DNA from: Mobula hypostoma
Taxonomy: Eukaryota
Assembly: GCF_963921235.1 (NCBI RefSeq)
Contig: NC_086097.1
Coordinates: 226,302,001-226,366,000 of the forward strand
Reading direction: 5' to 3'
DNA: 64,000 nucleotides
The notes beneath the pieces were generated by a model. It was not told where the DNA came from. It saw only the letters and a list, made by a program, of their open reading frames with translations, and did not search any database. Shown here piece after piece: positions 22,876 to 35,303 of the stretch (position 1 is the first letter of the stretch; each line of letters begins with the position of its first letter). The translations under genes were made by a program, and so were the position numbers.

Positions 22876-25800
22876 TGTCACTGCCGGTCCAGATGATCAT
22901 TGAGAGCCAAAGGTTATGTTTGATAGAACAGAATTAAATGCAGGGTTTTCCCACTGATTGTGTTTCCCACTGAAGGTACAGCTTGTCACGTCTGAGTAAA
23001 CCAATTAAATTCAAATCAACTTAATTCTTGCTGGTCCATGTGTATTACTTTTATTGGAATTTCTGTGAATACATAGTTAATTTACATCACATTCTTATAC
23101 TCCAGCCAGCGTGGATCAATAAACAATAAGATCAAAGCTTGTTACAACATAGAATAGAATACCTTAGCAATTGTCTACTATTAGCAGTTGACAAAGAATC
23201 TGAATTGAGCATGCTGAGGAAGTGTTCACCGGGATAAGCCTGATGAGCACTTCCTCGGATGTGTGTCATTACATTCTGACATATGAAGGATGTAAGAAAA
23301 ATCCTTGGAGTTGGTGCTATGCCCTAGGAATAAGTAGAAAGCCAGTGTTGACGCAGCTTTTTGTGATGCTGCATAGGTTGAAAATAAAGAGAGCAGAAAG
23401 TCATGTCTATTTGGGCCCTGTTGAGAAGAATTTTCCATCTATGTGCAGGTGCTTAAAACACCTCTCCAAGATTAAGTTATTGGAATGATTATGTGAAAAT
23501 TAATTTCAGTTTAATATGATGTTTAAATTAAAATTGCACTTAGTACAGTAGAATAGATTTTGCAGAGCTCATTGGTTTAAATGAATAAAAGCACACAATT
23601 ACAAGGAAAATGTCTGAATTTTTAACTAAATATTCTTTAAACTACAGCAAATTTTAAGGCTGTGATTCATGATTACCAGCAGGACACATTGGCAACCTTG
23701 TTTATGTGATGACTTAATGTACGTATATATTTATGTTATCATTCTTTCCTGGTCTTCCACCTTCTAGTTCTGATTGTTAAGGTTAGCAATCCATTTAAAA
23801 TACTGTTGTAAAATAAACCTTCTGGTTTTTTGTGAACTTGTATAAATTCTACACTGTCAAACATTTTCACAAATCATATTCTATCTGGAGGCTTTGACTG
23901 GAAAAGCATTTGTTCAGATCCTGTGGTAATTCCAGTAATATCTTAAAAACTGTAAACCTACTAGGAGTTAAATAGTTAATGGGATTGGAAAACTGAAGGT
24001 ATTCTTTCCTTACCTTTGAACTTGTATGTTCTCAGCCAGTTTTTAAGTAACGAAAAATGTGCATCATGTCTATTCTGGTTCTTTTGACAGGCTGTTTACT
24101 TTAGCTATTGTTAATGAACACATTGCTATCTGTATTCATCCTCAAAGGTAATAGTAGAAATGTGTTGAATTATTTCTTGATATGTTGTTTCCTTCCTTTC
24201 TCTAATCAATGTCACCTCTGAACTATAAACTAAACCATTTTTTTTCTTTATCTGACAAAGGTTTTAATATAAAGCAGTCCTACTAATTTTTTTCAGAACT
24301 ATTCATCTTCTTTCAACAGCTCTGTTCCCCGTTGTGGTTGACTTTTAATTTCTTTTTTTTTAATGTCAGGTTTTAAGGCAGGCAATCAGTTTGTACTTGC
24401 ATTCAAGAGCAAATCTGTGCATTAAATAATCTGTAAAATATGAACTAGGTCTTATGTTTGATATGCACATCAAAGGCCAAAAAGGCCAAAGAAAGCCCTT
24501 GGTTAATTATTGAAGAGGTGTCTGTAAAGGAAACATGAGTGAGTAGTGTGCATGCTTTTATCCCCGGTAACCTTTCATTGTCCTTTTCTTTAGACAGCTA
24601 AGTCAGTGCATATAATAAAGGCAGTGATAGCGTCAAAGAAGGCAAAGGCCTAATGAATGATCCTGATTAAAGAGCTTGACGGGGTATGATCTTTGCACAA
24701 ATTTTCATGGGGTGTCAGCAAGGGGATGCTGATTGAGCGAACCATCAACACAGCCATATTTTAGAAGCAGGAGGAGCCTCCTGCCCACAACCCCCCACTC
24801 AAACCCAGTACCATGAAGAATGAATGGTTCAGACTGATGACTTCCAATAAGGCTGGGTCTTGAAAACTACTATACAAGGGCAAAGGGGTCAAAAGTAATT
24901 CATAACTGTTTAAAAATGGCGTAGACCTCCAGCAGCTGCTGCTATTGTCATGCCCACAGCGCTGTTTTCTGTATGCAAATTTGTCGTAGGAAGTACACTG
25001 GTTTTGCTGTATCACACATAGTGCATCAATCAGACTGTGGAATACATCAGCGTATTTTCATTATGCCTAGTTATTTACTGCATCAGAACAAATTACCACA
25101 GCAAGCCTAGTGTTCTGTGGGCAGTGTGATAGGACCAACCAGGTTTCATCTCAGAAATCTTATTGTAAACAGTACAGGATAAATCTAGCAATCGCAGTCA
25201 TCAATCTTTTCTGCTCATGAGTGTGTGCAACTGTAAGGATTTGTGACTAGGCGGTATGGTTTTGGAATTAACTGAGAATGCCATGAATCCTGATAAAGAA
25301 ACCCTGTGGCTCTTTCATGTTGTTCATTCTCTATGTGTATTTTTTTTAAAGTGACACCAAATTCCTTTACAATTTTATTAATTAGTGAATCAAATAATAT
25401 CTAAACATTCAAAATGAAACATCTAGTTATTAATTAGTTAATAAATGCACCAAATTGGAAAGATCTTTTTCTCTATGATATAGGAAAATAATTGTCTGAC
25501 AAAATCTCTTTTATAAAAATCTTAAAGAAATATGGACAGAATATGCACTGCCACGTACAATTTATCTCAGTAGCCATGCCCTTGCTGAATAGGCTCGACA
25601 TTCACCTCCACTTTCTCAAAGCATTAACAATGTACGTCCACAAACCTAATTGAGATCCAAGAATTTACTTTAAGGAGTAATCACGTCTTGGCTATCTTTC
25701 TTTATATATCAGAATGCTATTATTAGAATTTTAAGGATAATAACGACTATCATTAACTGCAAGGTTTGTACTGAGCACGCTTCCTGTATTTGACACAAAA

Positions 25801-25942
25801 AGGAGAGAACCTCACCATGGCTCCACCGCACCTGAAGATGTGAAAACAACAAAATTGGGGATATTGAGTTTAAGTACTCCAATTATTACTCCAGTCAACT
25901 CCTTTCACTGCCCCCAATACTGTGGCTAGAATGATCGGCTCA

Positions 25943-26480
25943 AAGTTCAAAAGTTCAAAGTTTAAGGTAAATTTATTATCAAAGAATATATATGTCACCA
26001 TATACAACCATGAGATCCTTTTTTTTCTGGGTAATCATAATAAATACAAAAAACACAATAGGATCAATGACAGACTGCAGCAGGATAGACAAACAATCAA
26101 TGTGCAAAAAACAACAAACTATGCATATACAGAAAGAAAGAGAATAAAATAAATAAGCAATAAATATCAAGAATATGAGATGAAGAGTCCTTGAAAATAA
26201 GGCCTTAGATTGTGATAACAGTGCAGTGGTGGGGCGAGTGAAGTCGAATGAAATTATCCCTTCTGGTTCAAGAGCTGATGGTTGAGGGGTAATGACTGTT
26301 CCTGAATCTGGTGGTGTGGGTCCTGAGGCTCCTGTACCTCCTTCTTGATGGCAGTAGTGAAAAGAGAGCATGGCCTAAATGGTGAAGCCCTTGATGATGG
26401 ACCCTGCTTTCCTGCAACAGCACTCCATGTAAATGTGCTCAATGGTGGGGAGGGTTTTACCCATGATGGACTGGGCCATA
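25943..26480 (-). mobile_element. Rex1/Babar-like 3' end
   Basis: (AAAGTTC)n tail, CTGTTCCTGAATCTGGTGGTG..GGCTCCTGTACCT; KPSPPLSTFTWSAVAGK. Confidence 0.75.
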
Positions 26481-27654
26481 TCACATATATCAGACTCTGT
26501 ACCGGTCACAATACAACGGTTCAAAAGATAATCAAAGACACAGTACTCAAATTTTTAAGCTTAAAAATTTGAATGAAAAGAATTTAACCAGCCCCACTGT
26601 CAATGACTATGATATGAAATGGCCAGTTCCTTAAATTGCAATTCATTATTCAAAAACAAATTATATATTTTAATGTACATTTAAATATATACAATTTAAG
26701 TGTCTGAAAGTCTATAATTTGACCTGCTCTTGTTTAAAAGAGAAGAGTAGGCATTGTGTACATCTGTCAAAGTGACAGCATTAAAACAATTATTTTTGTG
26801 TCAGAGAATGAGCAACTTCTGTATTTTTAATAATGATTGGTTGACTACAGACAGTGGCCATTTCAATGAGTGTTTCAGCAGGAGGCCGGAGACTGCTCAT
26901 TAAATGAGACTCACATGTGATTGTTTAACAAATTCATTGCCACAGGGATATTAAAAAAAAAGAACAGACAGTGAAGGTATAACTTGTAAACATATCTAAA
27001 ATAATTTGAAATTTTATTTATGGAAATGTTGAAGGCAATTGTTTTGGATATTGTTCAGCAGAGGTAATCACACTTCTTTTGCTGTGCATATTCATCTGAT
27101 AATTAATTACGTTGAGATACAAAGGAAAATAGTCTCCCATGTAATGGCGCTCTTTCTGAAGCAAAGATGCCAAACATCTCAGAACTCATCAAGCAAAGAG
27201 GACTATGCTGGCTCAGCATGTGCACAGGATAAAGGAAAGCCACATCCCCAAAGACATACTGTATGGGGAGGGAGGTAGCCTGACTTGAAAGACTGGAAAG
27301 ATGCCCAGAGCTCCACTTTAAGGATGTTATTAAAAGGCAAGTGAAACTCATCGACATTGATTGCAACATGGGAAACTATAGCTGAAGGCAACACTGGTTG
27401 TGTGTGCAGACGCACCGCCATGACAGTCAAGGTTTCGATAGCCCCATAGTAAATGCCTTTACCAGATGCAGGGTTACAGAACTGTACAGCTCCCTGTGTC
27501 ATCAGCCAATGACATTTCCAATTGAAACATTTGCGGCAGACTCTGTCTTTCAAGAATCTGCTTAATTATCCATCAATAGAATTAGAGGATTTAAAAAGCC
27601 TCTCCAAAGTTACTTGAAACTGCACATATGTCATCTTCTGTGCACGGAAGAAGC

Positions 27655-27844
27655 AGAAGCAGGTTTAACATCACTGACATATGTCGTAAAAATTTGTTGC
27701 TTTGTGTCAGCAGTACTGTACAAGAGCTAAAAATTACTATGACTTACGATGAATAAACGGTGTGAAAGAGGAATGGGGAGGGAGTGTTTATGGATTCTTG
27801 GACAGACCATAATTCTGATGGCAGAGAGGAAGAAGCTGTTCCTT
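27655..27844 (-). mobile_element. Rex1/Babar-like 3' UTR fragment
   Basis: Homologous to 6281-6480 and 13531-13775. Confidence 0.6.
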
Positions 27845-28108
27845 AACACGAGAGATTCAGCAGATGCTGGGAATCTTGAGCAACGCACACACAAAAATGT
27901 CGAAGGAACTCATCAGGTCAGGCAGCATCTATGGAAGGGAATAAACAATTGATGTTTTGACCAACGACACCTCACCAGCCCTAATAAATGGTCTTGGACT
28001 AAAACATTGACTATTTAATCCCATCCATGAATAATGCCTGACCTGCTGAATTCCTTCAGCGTTTTGCGTGTGTTGCTCTGGATTTCCACAATCTGCAGAA
28101 TCTCTTAT
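27845..28108. repeat. Head-to-head inverted pair of Penelope terminal repeats (degenerate hammerheads)
   Basis: AGAGATTCAGCAGATGCTGG..CAGGTCAGGCAGCATC (left arm) versus GCCTGACCTGCTGA..TCTGCAGAATCTCT (right arm), centre near 27980. Confidence 0.8.
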
Positions 28109-28299
28109 GTTTGTTCACGTTTGTTGCCATTCAACCTACACATGTATACTACCAAATGAAACAACATTCCTCCAGACAAAGGTGCACAACACAATACATA
28201 TAAATCACAGGCAACACATAAAGTAATATTATCACAAATATAATTTACAATATATGATTTCATTATTAATTCTGCTTGTATGTTGTGATGTGCCCATGA

Positions 28300-28660
28300 G
28301 GCTGCCAAAAGTAAATTTATTGTGCATACATGTACTTGTGCATATTATAATAAACACAACTTTGACTTTGACTTTGGTTCAGGGAGTATGCTGGTGAGAC
28401 AAGATAGATGAGGGGTATGCATCCTTTCAGGTCCTGTACCTCCTCCCCAGTGGTGGTAATGAGAAGGGGACCATGTCCCATATGGCGAGGGTCCTTATCG
28501 ATGGATGCCGCTTTCTTGAGGTCTTTTGAAGGTGTCCTTAATGGTAGGGAGACTTGCACCCAAGATGGAGTTGGTTGAGCCTACCAAACTCTGTAGCCTC
28601 ATTTAATCCTGTGCATTGGAGCGTCTATACCAGCCAGTGATTCATCCAGAATGTTCTCCC
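28300..28660 (-). mobile_element. Rex1/Babar-like fragment
   Basis: KKAASIDKDPRHMGHG peptide; (CTTTGA)n at ~28360. Confidence 0.6.
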
Positions 28661-28876
28661 CCATAGCGTCCGTGACCAGGTGGGTTTCCTCCTGGTGCTC
28701 CAGTTTCCACACACGTTATAAAGACATATGTGGTTAGTAGCATAATTAATTACACATGGGTGTTAAGCTGCTCCTGTGTCTTCTTTGTAATTGCATCAAT
28801 ATATGGGGCCCAGGATAGATCCTCAGAGAACAAATAAATTAACAGTCATTCCTTGTATTGAATTTGTAGCGTCATG

Positions 28877-29202
28877 AAGTCATGAAAAAGTATAGCACTG
28901 AAACAGACTCTTTGGCCCAACTAGTCTATGCCAAACCATTTAAACTGCCTTCTCCCATCGATCTGCACACAGACCATAGCCCTCTATACCCCTATCATCA
29001 ATGTACCTATCCAAACTTTTCTTAAATGTTTAAATAGAGCTTGTATGCACCACTAACACTGGCAGCTCATTCCACACTCTCACGACCCTTGGAGTGTAGA
29101 AGTTTCCTCTCATGTTCCCCTTAAAGTTTTCACCTTTCACCCTTAACCAGTGACCTCTAACTGTAATACCACCCAACCTCCGTGGAAAAAGCCTGCTTGC
29201 AT
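28877..29202 (-). mobile_element. CR1 3' end
   Basis: Homologous to 13910-14225 (CCCTTAACC..GGAAAAAGCCTGCTTGCA). Confidence 0.8.
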
Positions 29203-31356
29203 AGTTGTGGTCACTTTCTACAATTTGGCTCTGAAGTCTACAATATAATTAAAGCATTTCAGGAGAAAATTAACCTGGCAGTAACATAAAATGAGTGATA
29301 ATGACTTGATTGTCCATTTCAACTCCATCATCAAATTCACTTAAACCAGCCATGCCACAACTTTGCCTGTTGTTCAGCCATTCCACATTTTAAGCTAATA
29401 TGAAAGTTCAATTTCACACTTTTTAAATCTTGCTTGCACCTGCATGTTATTTTTGTATGAAATAATCAATTAATTCTTGAAATAATTAATTTACATCTTC
29501 AACTGTGTTTGAAGAGCTATGTTTTTCATATTTTCACATTAAAGCATTGACACCCTGCTGAACAGGCTCAAGCTTTCTCCAAATTATATTTTGTTGCCAA
29601 TACTCAACTATTAAGCTGCAGACTAAATAAATAATTCAGTATTCTGTGTTATTCAAATTATGTCAATGGTTTTGTAGAATAGGCTTTCATAGTTCTGATT
29701 GAACAAACATGCAGTTCCACATACTTGTTCCGTTAGCTGCCTCTACTAATTGCTTACAAATATTTCTGTCATGTAAAGATTTTAGCTGCATTAGTTGCAA
29801 TATTTATAATTCAAGTTATATTTTGTTCTTTGTGAATTTCACACATTATAACATATGCTGTTTTATTAATTGAAGGGAAGATGACCGGAATGCTGTTGTT
29901 TTTTAAAGGAAAATTCCTTTTTTTTCCAGACCTTGTCACTTATCAAGTTTGGTCAGTGAAATTATTTGATCCCAGATTCCCTATGCTAGCAGAGACGATT
30001 CATCAATTTCATCCAATATCCTTCTTGCACGGATGAAATATCATGGTTTTATGTCTCGGTTCGCATTTCAGGGAAGCTCACAAAGGAAACCAGACATAAA
30101 TGCTAGTCGAGAAATGTTTGCCTTTTTTTGGTTACATCAGAAGAAGTCTTGAAATGGTCAAAATGATGGAAACCCAAATTTTCTGAATTGTTGCCTCTAT
30201 TTTTTTTTTCTTTGCAATTGCTATGATTTTCTGCAGGATATAATAGGTGATCATTTGAAAACTCTTTCAACCTCACCTCCTCGCTCACCCCAGCTCTGCT
30301 GGAAATAGAAACAAGGGATCAAATCACCCATCAAAATCACATCACTTAGAAAGCAGGATTGTCCTCAGTGTCACTTGTGTCTGATGCAGAAGGTAAAAGT
30401 GGCTGGCTTCCTCGGTGGACAGAGGTTATGTTTTCAGGTTCTGTGCCTGTCCACCTTCAGAGAAAGTGTCAAATTGTTTTGCTTAAGCTGACAGAAGTTT
30501 GTGTTTCCGAAATACCGATTCTTCACTCCTTATGGGTCTGGAAGTTGAAAGGAGGGAGGTGGGAGAGTAGGGGTGAACAGCCCTTCCTTTAACTCTGTGA
30601 AAAATCAAAGGATGTCAAAATTCAAGATTCAAGATTAGATTTATTAGTCACATCTACATCGAAACACACAGCGAAATGAGTTGTTTGCATTAACAAGCAA
30701 TTGCTTACGTCTGAGCACATGCTGAGGGCAGCCATCAAGAGTGGCTGTGTTTCCAGCAGCAACATATCATGTGTACCATGTTCAGCAGATCAACACAAAG
30801 CCAACATACAAAACAGACACAACAACAACAAAACAATTCCTGTCCTATAACCAACTCCTACTTAGTCGGGACCCCCAGCATCAAGGCCTGTTGACCTTAG
30901 GCCTCCAACTTCCAGACCTCCTTCCCAGGATGCGCCAACCTTGGGGATCACCAGCCTTTGTCCTCAACCATCAAAAAATGCTGAAGGAGAAAAAGACAAA
31001 CCTCCTGCTCCCAAGCCAGACTTTCTCCCTCAGGCCTTGTCAGACCCACTGCAGGATTCTTCCTTCCCTCCCAATATATAATGCCAGAGCTCCCCAGTAG
31101 GCTCAAAAGTCCCAGTTAGAATTCTTAGAAAAGTTAAAACATATCAGCTCAAAAGGACAACACTAGGCCCCTGAAGGGCTTGCTGGTGCTTCACAATGGC
31201 AAAACAGCCAGTTCTATGTCCACTCCCCCTATGAGCTTATTCCTGCAAGCACCACATAATTCCTTCTCAACAATGACCATGGAATCTACTTTCAGCCCTC
31301 ACTAAGCCAGGTCATGATTAGCCATTGAGTAAAAAAATCTTTTCTCAAGTTGCTGC

Positions 31357-31549
31357 TGTCTTATTATGTGTGTACATAATAAAGAACTACAGTTCCCAGT
31401 GTGCAATGCTGACGGTTCACCCGGAACCGGAAGTGATGTTAGTGAACTGGTTGCCTGTGCTCGTGTCGAACTGAAACCATTTATTCTAAATAAGTATATG
31501 TTAGTTTTACTGACACTAAGTTTGTCTTTTATCAAGAACAGACATATCA
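31357..31549 (+). repeat. 5' LTR (TG...CA)
   Basis: Starts TGTCTTATTATGTGTG, ends AGACATATCA; colinear with the 35304-35444 + 35978-36030 copy. Confidence 0.88.
31386..31435 (+). promoter_or_regulatory. ZNF143/THAP11-type motif and tandem ETS (GABPA-like) sites in the 5' LTR
   Basis: ACTACAGTTCCCAGTGTGCA (31386-31405); CCGGAACCGGAAGTG (31421-31435). Confidence 0.55.
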
Positions 31550-31562
31550 TGGTGTCAGAAGT
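31550..31562 (+). other. Primer-binding site complementary to the tRNA-Leu 3' end
   Basis: TGGTGTCAGAAGT directly after the LTR-terminal CA. Confidence 0.85.
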
Positions 31563-31737
31563 CAACATGAGGTCTAAACACGGACTGTAAAAAAATAGCA
31601 TGCACTACCTAGAAATAATGCTAGGTTCAATGGGGAGAAAAAGATATAGCAAGTGAGGTTGGGCAAGAAGGCAACAGAACACATTGTGTCCAGAAATTCA
31701 CAGGATTCACCAAGAGAAGTCCAGGTAAATGCCCGAC

Positions 31738-32475
31738 ATGGATAAGCTAAGTCCTCCTACACCTGTGTAGTTTACTGGCAATTTAAGTTATTTTCCTGTG
31801 ACCAGAAAAAAAGGTGTTAGTTTTGACTAATATTTAGCTGAGCTTCACACACTGAGTAAGCCCTGTAAGTTTAGAGATTTGAGAGACTCATTAGTTAGAG
31901 ACAATAGTTTGTGGAACTTCAAATAATGGGCTCAGAGAAAGATTACTCCGTGAAAAAGATTTAATGCTGGAAAAGGTAGTGGGCAGTGGAGACCACATGA
32001 TCTTAAGCTGAGGAGCTGCAAAGGGCAGAAACAACAGTGTATGCTTTGAAAACAGAGGGGTAGAGCACAAGGCATTTCCCAAAACAACAGCATAGCAAAG
32101 ATTTAGGCTCAAACAACAAATGTGGTAAACGTGGAGGAAGGCACATCCCGAAGGAGTGTCCTGCTTATGGGATGACTCAGACCTGAGAGACCAGCGTTGG
32201 GCATTTTCGTGCCTTACAAGGCGCAGTTTGAAAGGCTGTGTGGGGCACCACTCCTCGCACACACATTTTGCAGTATTATTTTACGAGGCCGAGTTGCGAG
32301 CTCGACATCAACCCGGCGTGGACGCAGAGCGTGCACGGGGGCAGTCTATCACTGGATCGAACTCAGGAACCTCCGTTCTCGAGCCCGGCGCTGATCTCAC
32401 TGCGCCACCAGCCAACCACATAGGAAGTCCTGCAATAATTGTGGAAAGAAGAATCATTTTGCAAAGTGCTGCCAG
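31738..32475 (+). pseudogene. gag: Gypsy gag relic with two zinc knuckles, split by a SINE
   Basis: MDKLSPPTPV*FTGNL; RDSLVRD/IVCGTSNNGLRERLLREKDLMLEK; CGKRGGRHIPKECPAYG | KSCNNCGKKNHFAKCC. Confidence 0.85.
32172..32417 (-). mobile_element. Young CpG-rich tRNA-derived SINE
   Basis: Minus strand: A box TGGCGCAGTGAG (32396-32407), B box GAGTTCGATCC (32354-32364); many intact CpGs; interrupts gag between CPAYG and KSCNNC. Confidence 0.8.
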
Positions 32476-35132
32476 ATAAATGCTTCTGCACCAGGTACAC
32501 CGAGCTGCAGCTCCTGAGAGTCCGAATTAAGGAACTGGAGCTGCAGCTCGATAACCTTTGACTCATATAGGAGAATGAGGATGTGATAGACAGGAGGTGC
32601 AGGGAGGTAGTGACCCTAGGTCGTAGGAGACAGGTAACCAGGTGATTGTCGGGAGAAGGAGGAGAAATGCACAGCCAATGCTTGTAGCCATTCCGCTCAA
32701 TAATAAGTATATAAATTTAGATACTACAAGTGGGGAGCCACAGTGACTGGGTTTCTGGCACTGAGTCTGTTGCTGTGGCTCAGAAGAGCAGAGAGGTGAA
32801 GAGAATTGCAGTGCTGATTGGAGATTCCATAGTCAGAGGAACAGAGACGAGGTTCTATGGGCGCGATAGAGTCACCCGGATGGTATGTTGCCTCCCTGGT
32901 GCCAGGATCGGGGATGGCTCAGAACGTCCACGACATTCTCATGGGCAGGGGTGAGCAGTCAGATGTCTTTGTACATATTGGCACCAATGACATAGATAGA
33001 CAGGTGATGATGTTCTGAAGAGAGTTCTTAGGGAGTTGGGTAAAAAGCTGAGAAACAGGACCTCCAGTGTAGTGATCTCAGGATAGCTTGCTGTGCCATG
33101 TAGCAGTGAGGGGAAGAATAGAATGATCTGACAGGTGAATGTGTGGCAGAGGAGGCAGGGGTTCAGATTTGTGGATCATTGGGATCTCTATGGGGAAGGT
33201 ATGACCCATACAAAAGGGATGGATTACAGCTGAACCCCAGGGGGCCCAATATCCTTGCAGATAGGTTGGCTAGAATTGTTCATGTGGGTTTAAAATAATT
33301 TGCAGGGGATGTGAACTGAAGTGATAGTGTTGAAGATGAGGTAGTTGGTTTACAAACAGAGGCAATGTGTAATGAGACTCGTAGCAAGGAGAGGTTGAAA
33401 GGACAAAATTGTAGTCAACAGGATGAGTTGAAATGTAAAAGTTGGACAAAATCGAAAAGGGTGAATACAGGACTGAAGGTGTTATATTTGACTTTGCACA
33501 GGATACGGAATAAGGTAGATGAACTTGTAGCACAGTTACAGATTGACATGTATGATGGTGTAAGCATCACTAAATCATGGCTGAAAGAAGATTATACCTG
33601 GCAGCTTAACGTCCACGTGTACACATTGTATCAAAAGGACAAGCAGAAAGGCAGAGGGGTGGTATTGCTCTGCTGGTAAAAAAATGAAATCACATCATTA
33701 GAATGATGGTCAGAAGGTGTTGACTCATTGTGGATAGAGCTAAGGAACAGTTAGTCTGACCTAAATGGCTGGGAAGATATTGAACTTGATTGTTAAGGAT
33801 GAGGTCTGAGGGTACTTGGAAGCACATGATAAAATAGGCCATAGTCAACATGGTTTTCTCAAGGGAAAATCTTGCCTGACAAATCTGCTGGAATTCTTTA
33901 AAGAAGAAACAAGAAGGATAGACAAAAGAGAATTGTTTGATGTGGTGTATTTGGATTTTCCAAGGGCCTTTGACAAGGTGCCACGCATGAGTCTGTTTAA
34001 CAAGTTACAAGCCTATGGTATGAGAGGAGAAATTCTAGCATGGATAAAGCAGTAGCTGATTGGTAGGAAGCAAAGAGGGGGAATAAAGAGAGCCCTTTCT
34101 GGTTGGCTGCTAGTGACTAGTGGTGTTCCACAAGGGTCTGTGTTGGGACCGATTCTTTTGATGTTATATGTCAATGACTTGGATGATGGAATTGATGGCC
34201 TTGTTGCAAAGTTTGCAGATGATACAAGTATAGGTGGAGGGTAGTTTTGATGAAGTAGAGGCTACAGAAGGGCTTAGACAGATTTGGAGAATGGGTAAAG
34301 AAGTGGCAAATGGAATACTATATTGGGAAGTGTATGGTCATGCACTTTGGTAGAAGATAAGAAAGATCTGCACATTTTTCAATAGGGAGAAAAATACAAA
34401 AACCTGAAGTATAAGGAGACTTGGGAGTCCTTGTCCAGGATTCCCTAAAGATTAATTTGCAGGTTGGGTCTGTGGTGAGGAAGACAAATATGATGTTAGC
34501 ATTCATTTCAAGAGGACTAGAATATAAAAGCAAGGATGTAATATTGAGACTTCATAAAGTACTGGTGAGGCCTCACTCAGAGTACTGTAAGCAATTTTGG
34601 GCCCCTTATCTTATATAGGTGCTGTAACTGAAGAGGGTTCAAAGGAGGTTCACAAAAATGATTCCAGGATTGAATAGCTTGTCATATAAAGAGCAATTGA
34701 TGGCTCTGGGCCTGTATTTACTTGAATTCAAAAGAATGAGGGGTGACCTTATTGAAACCTATCAGAAGGAGAGAGGCCTTGATATAATGGATGTGGAGAG
34801 GATGTTCCCTATGGTGGGAGAGTCCAGGACAAGAGGACACAGCATCAGAATAAAGGGGCGTCCTTTTAGAATAGAGATGAGGAGGAAGTTCTTTAGCTAG
34901 AGAGTAGTGAATCTGTGGAATCCTTTGCTACAAGCAATTGCGGGGGCCAAGTTTGTATGTATATTTAAGGCAGATATTGATAGATTCTTGATTGGTCAAG
35001 GTATGAAGAGATATGGGGAGAAGGCAGGAGATTGAGGCTGAGAAGAAAAATTGGATCAGCCATGATTAAGTGGCAGAGCAGACTCAATGGTCCAAATAGC
35101 ATAATTCTGGTCCTATGTCCTGTGGTATTATG
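32476..35132 (+). mobile_element. CR1 LINE with ORF1 (coiled coil + SGNH/GDSL esterase) and internally deleted ORF2
   Basis: LQLLRVRIKELELQLD; IGDSIVRG..CCLPGARI, VHIGTND, DGLQLNP (esterase blocks); LKVLYL..IRNKVDEL (EN start); jump to PVSLT-like sequence at ~33750; SQHGF, GVPQGSVLGP, FADD; 3' tail. Confidence 0.92.
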
Positions 35133-35303
35133 AAAGAATCAACGAATCATCTCACGGACTGATTGAGAGTCAATGAGTGAATAATGGACTTTATTAATTT
35201 ACAATTGAACTTAAGGTAAATATGTTTGTTGGGAAGCATGATTGTTTTCTGTAGGTCTATTTGGATATAATATTGCATTTGTTTTTTCTTTAAAGAGTAA
35301 AGA

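Noticed and set aside
23240..23275. CTGATGA-GCAC..GTGT hammerhead-like start
   Set aside because: No GAAA after the putative stem II.
32354..32417. Possible tRNA gene
   Set aside because: A and B boxes are present but no acceptor stem closes and the sequence continues into a SINE body inside gag.
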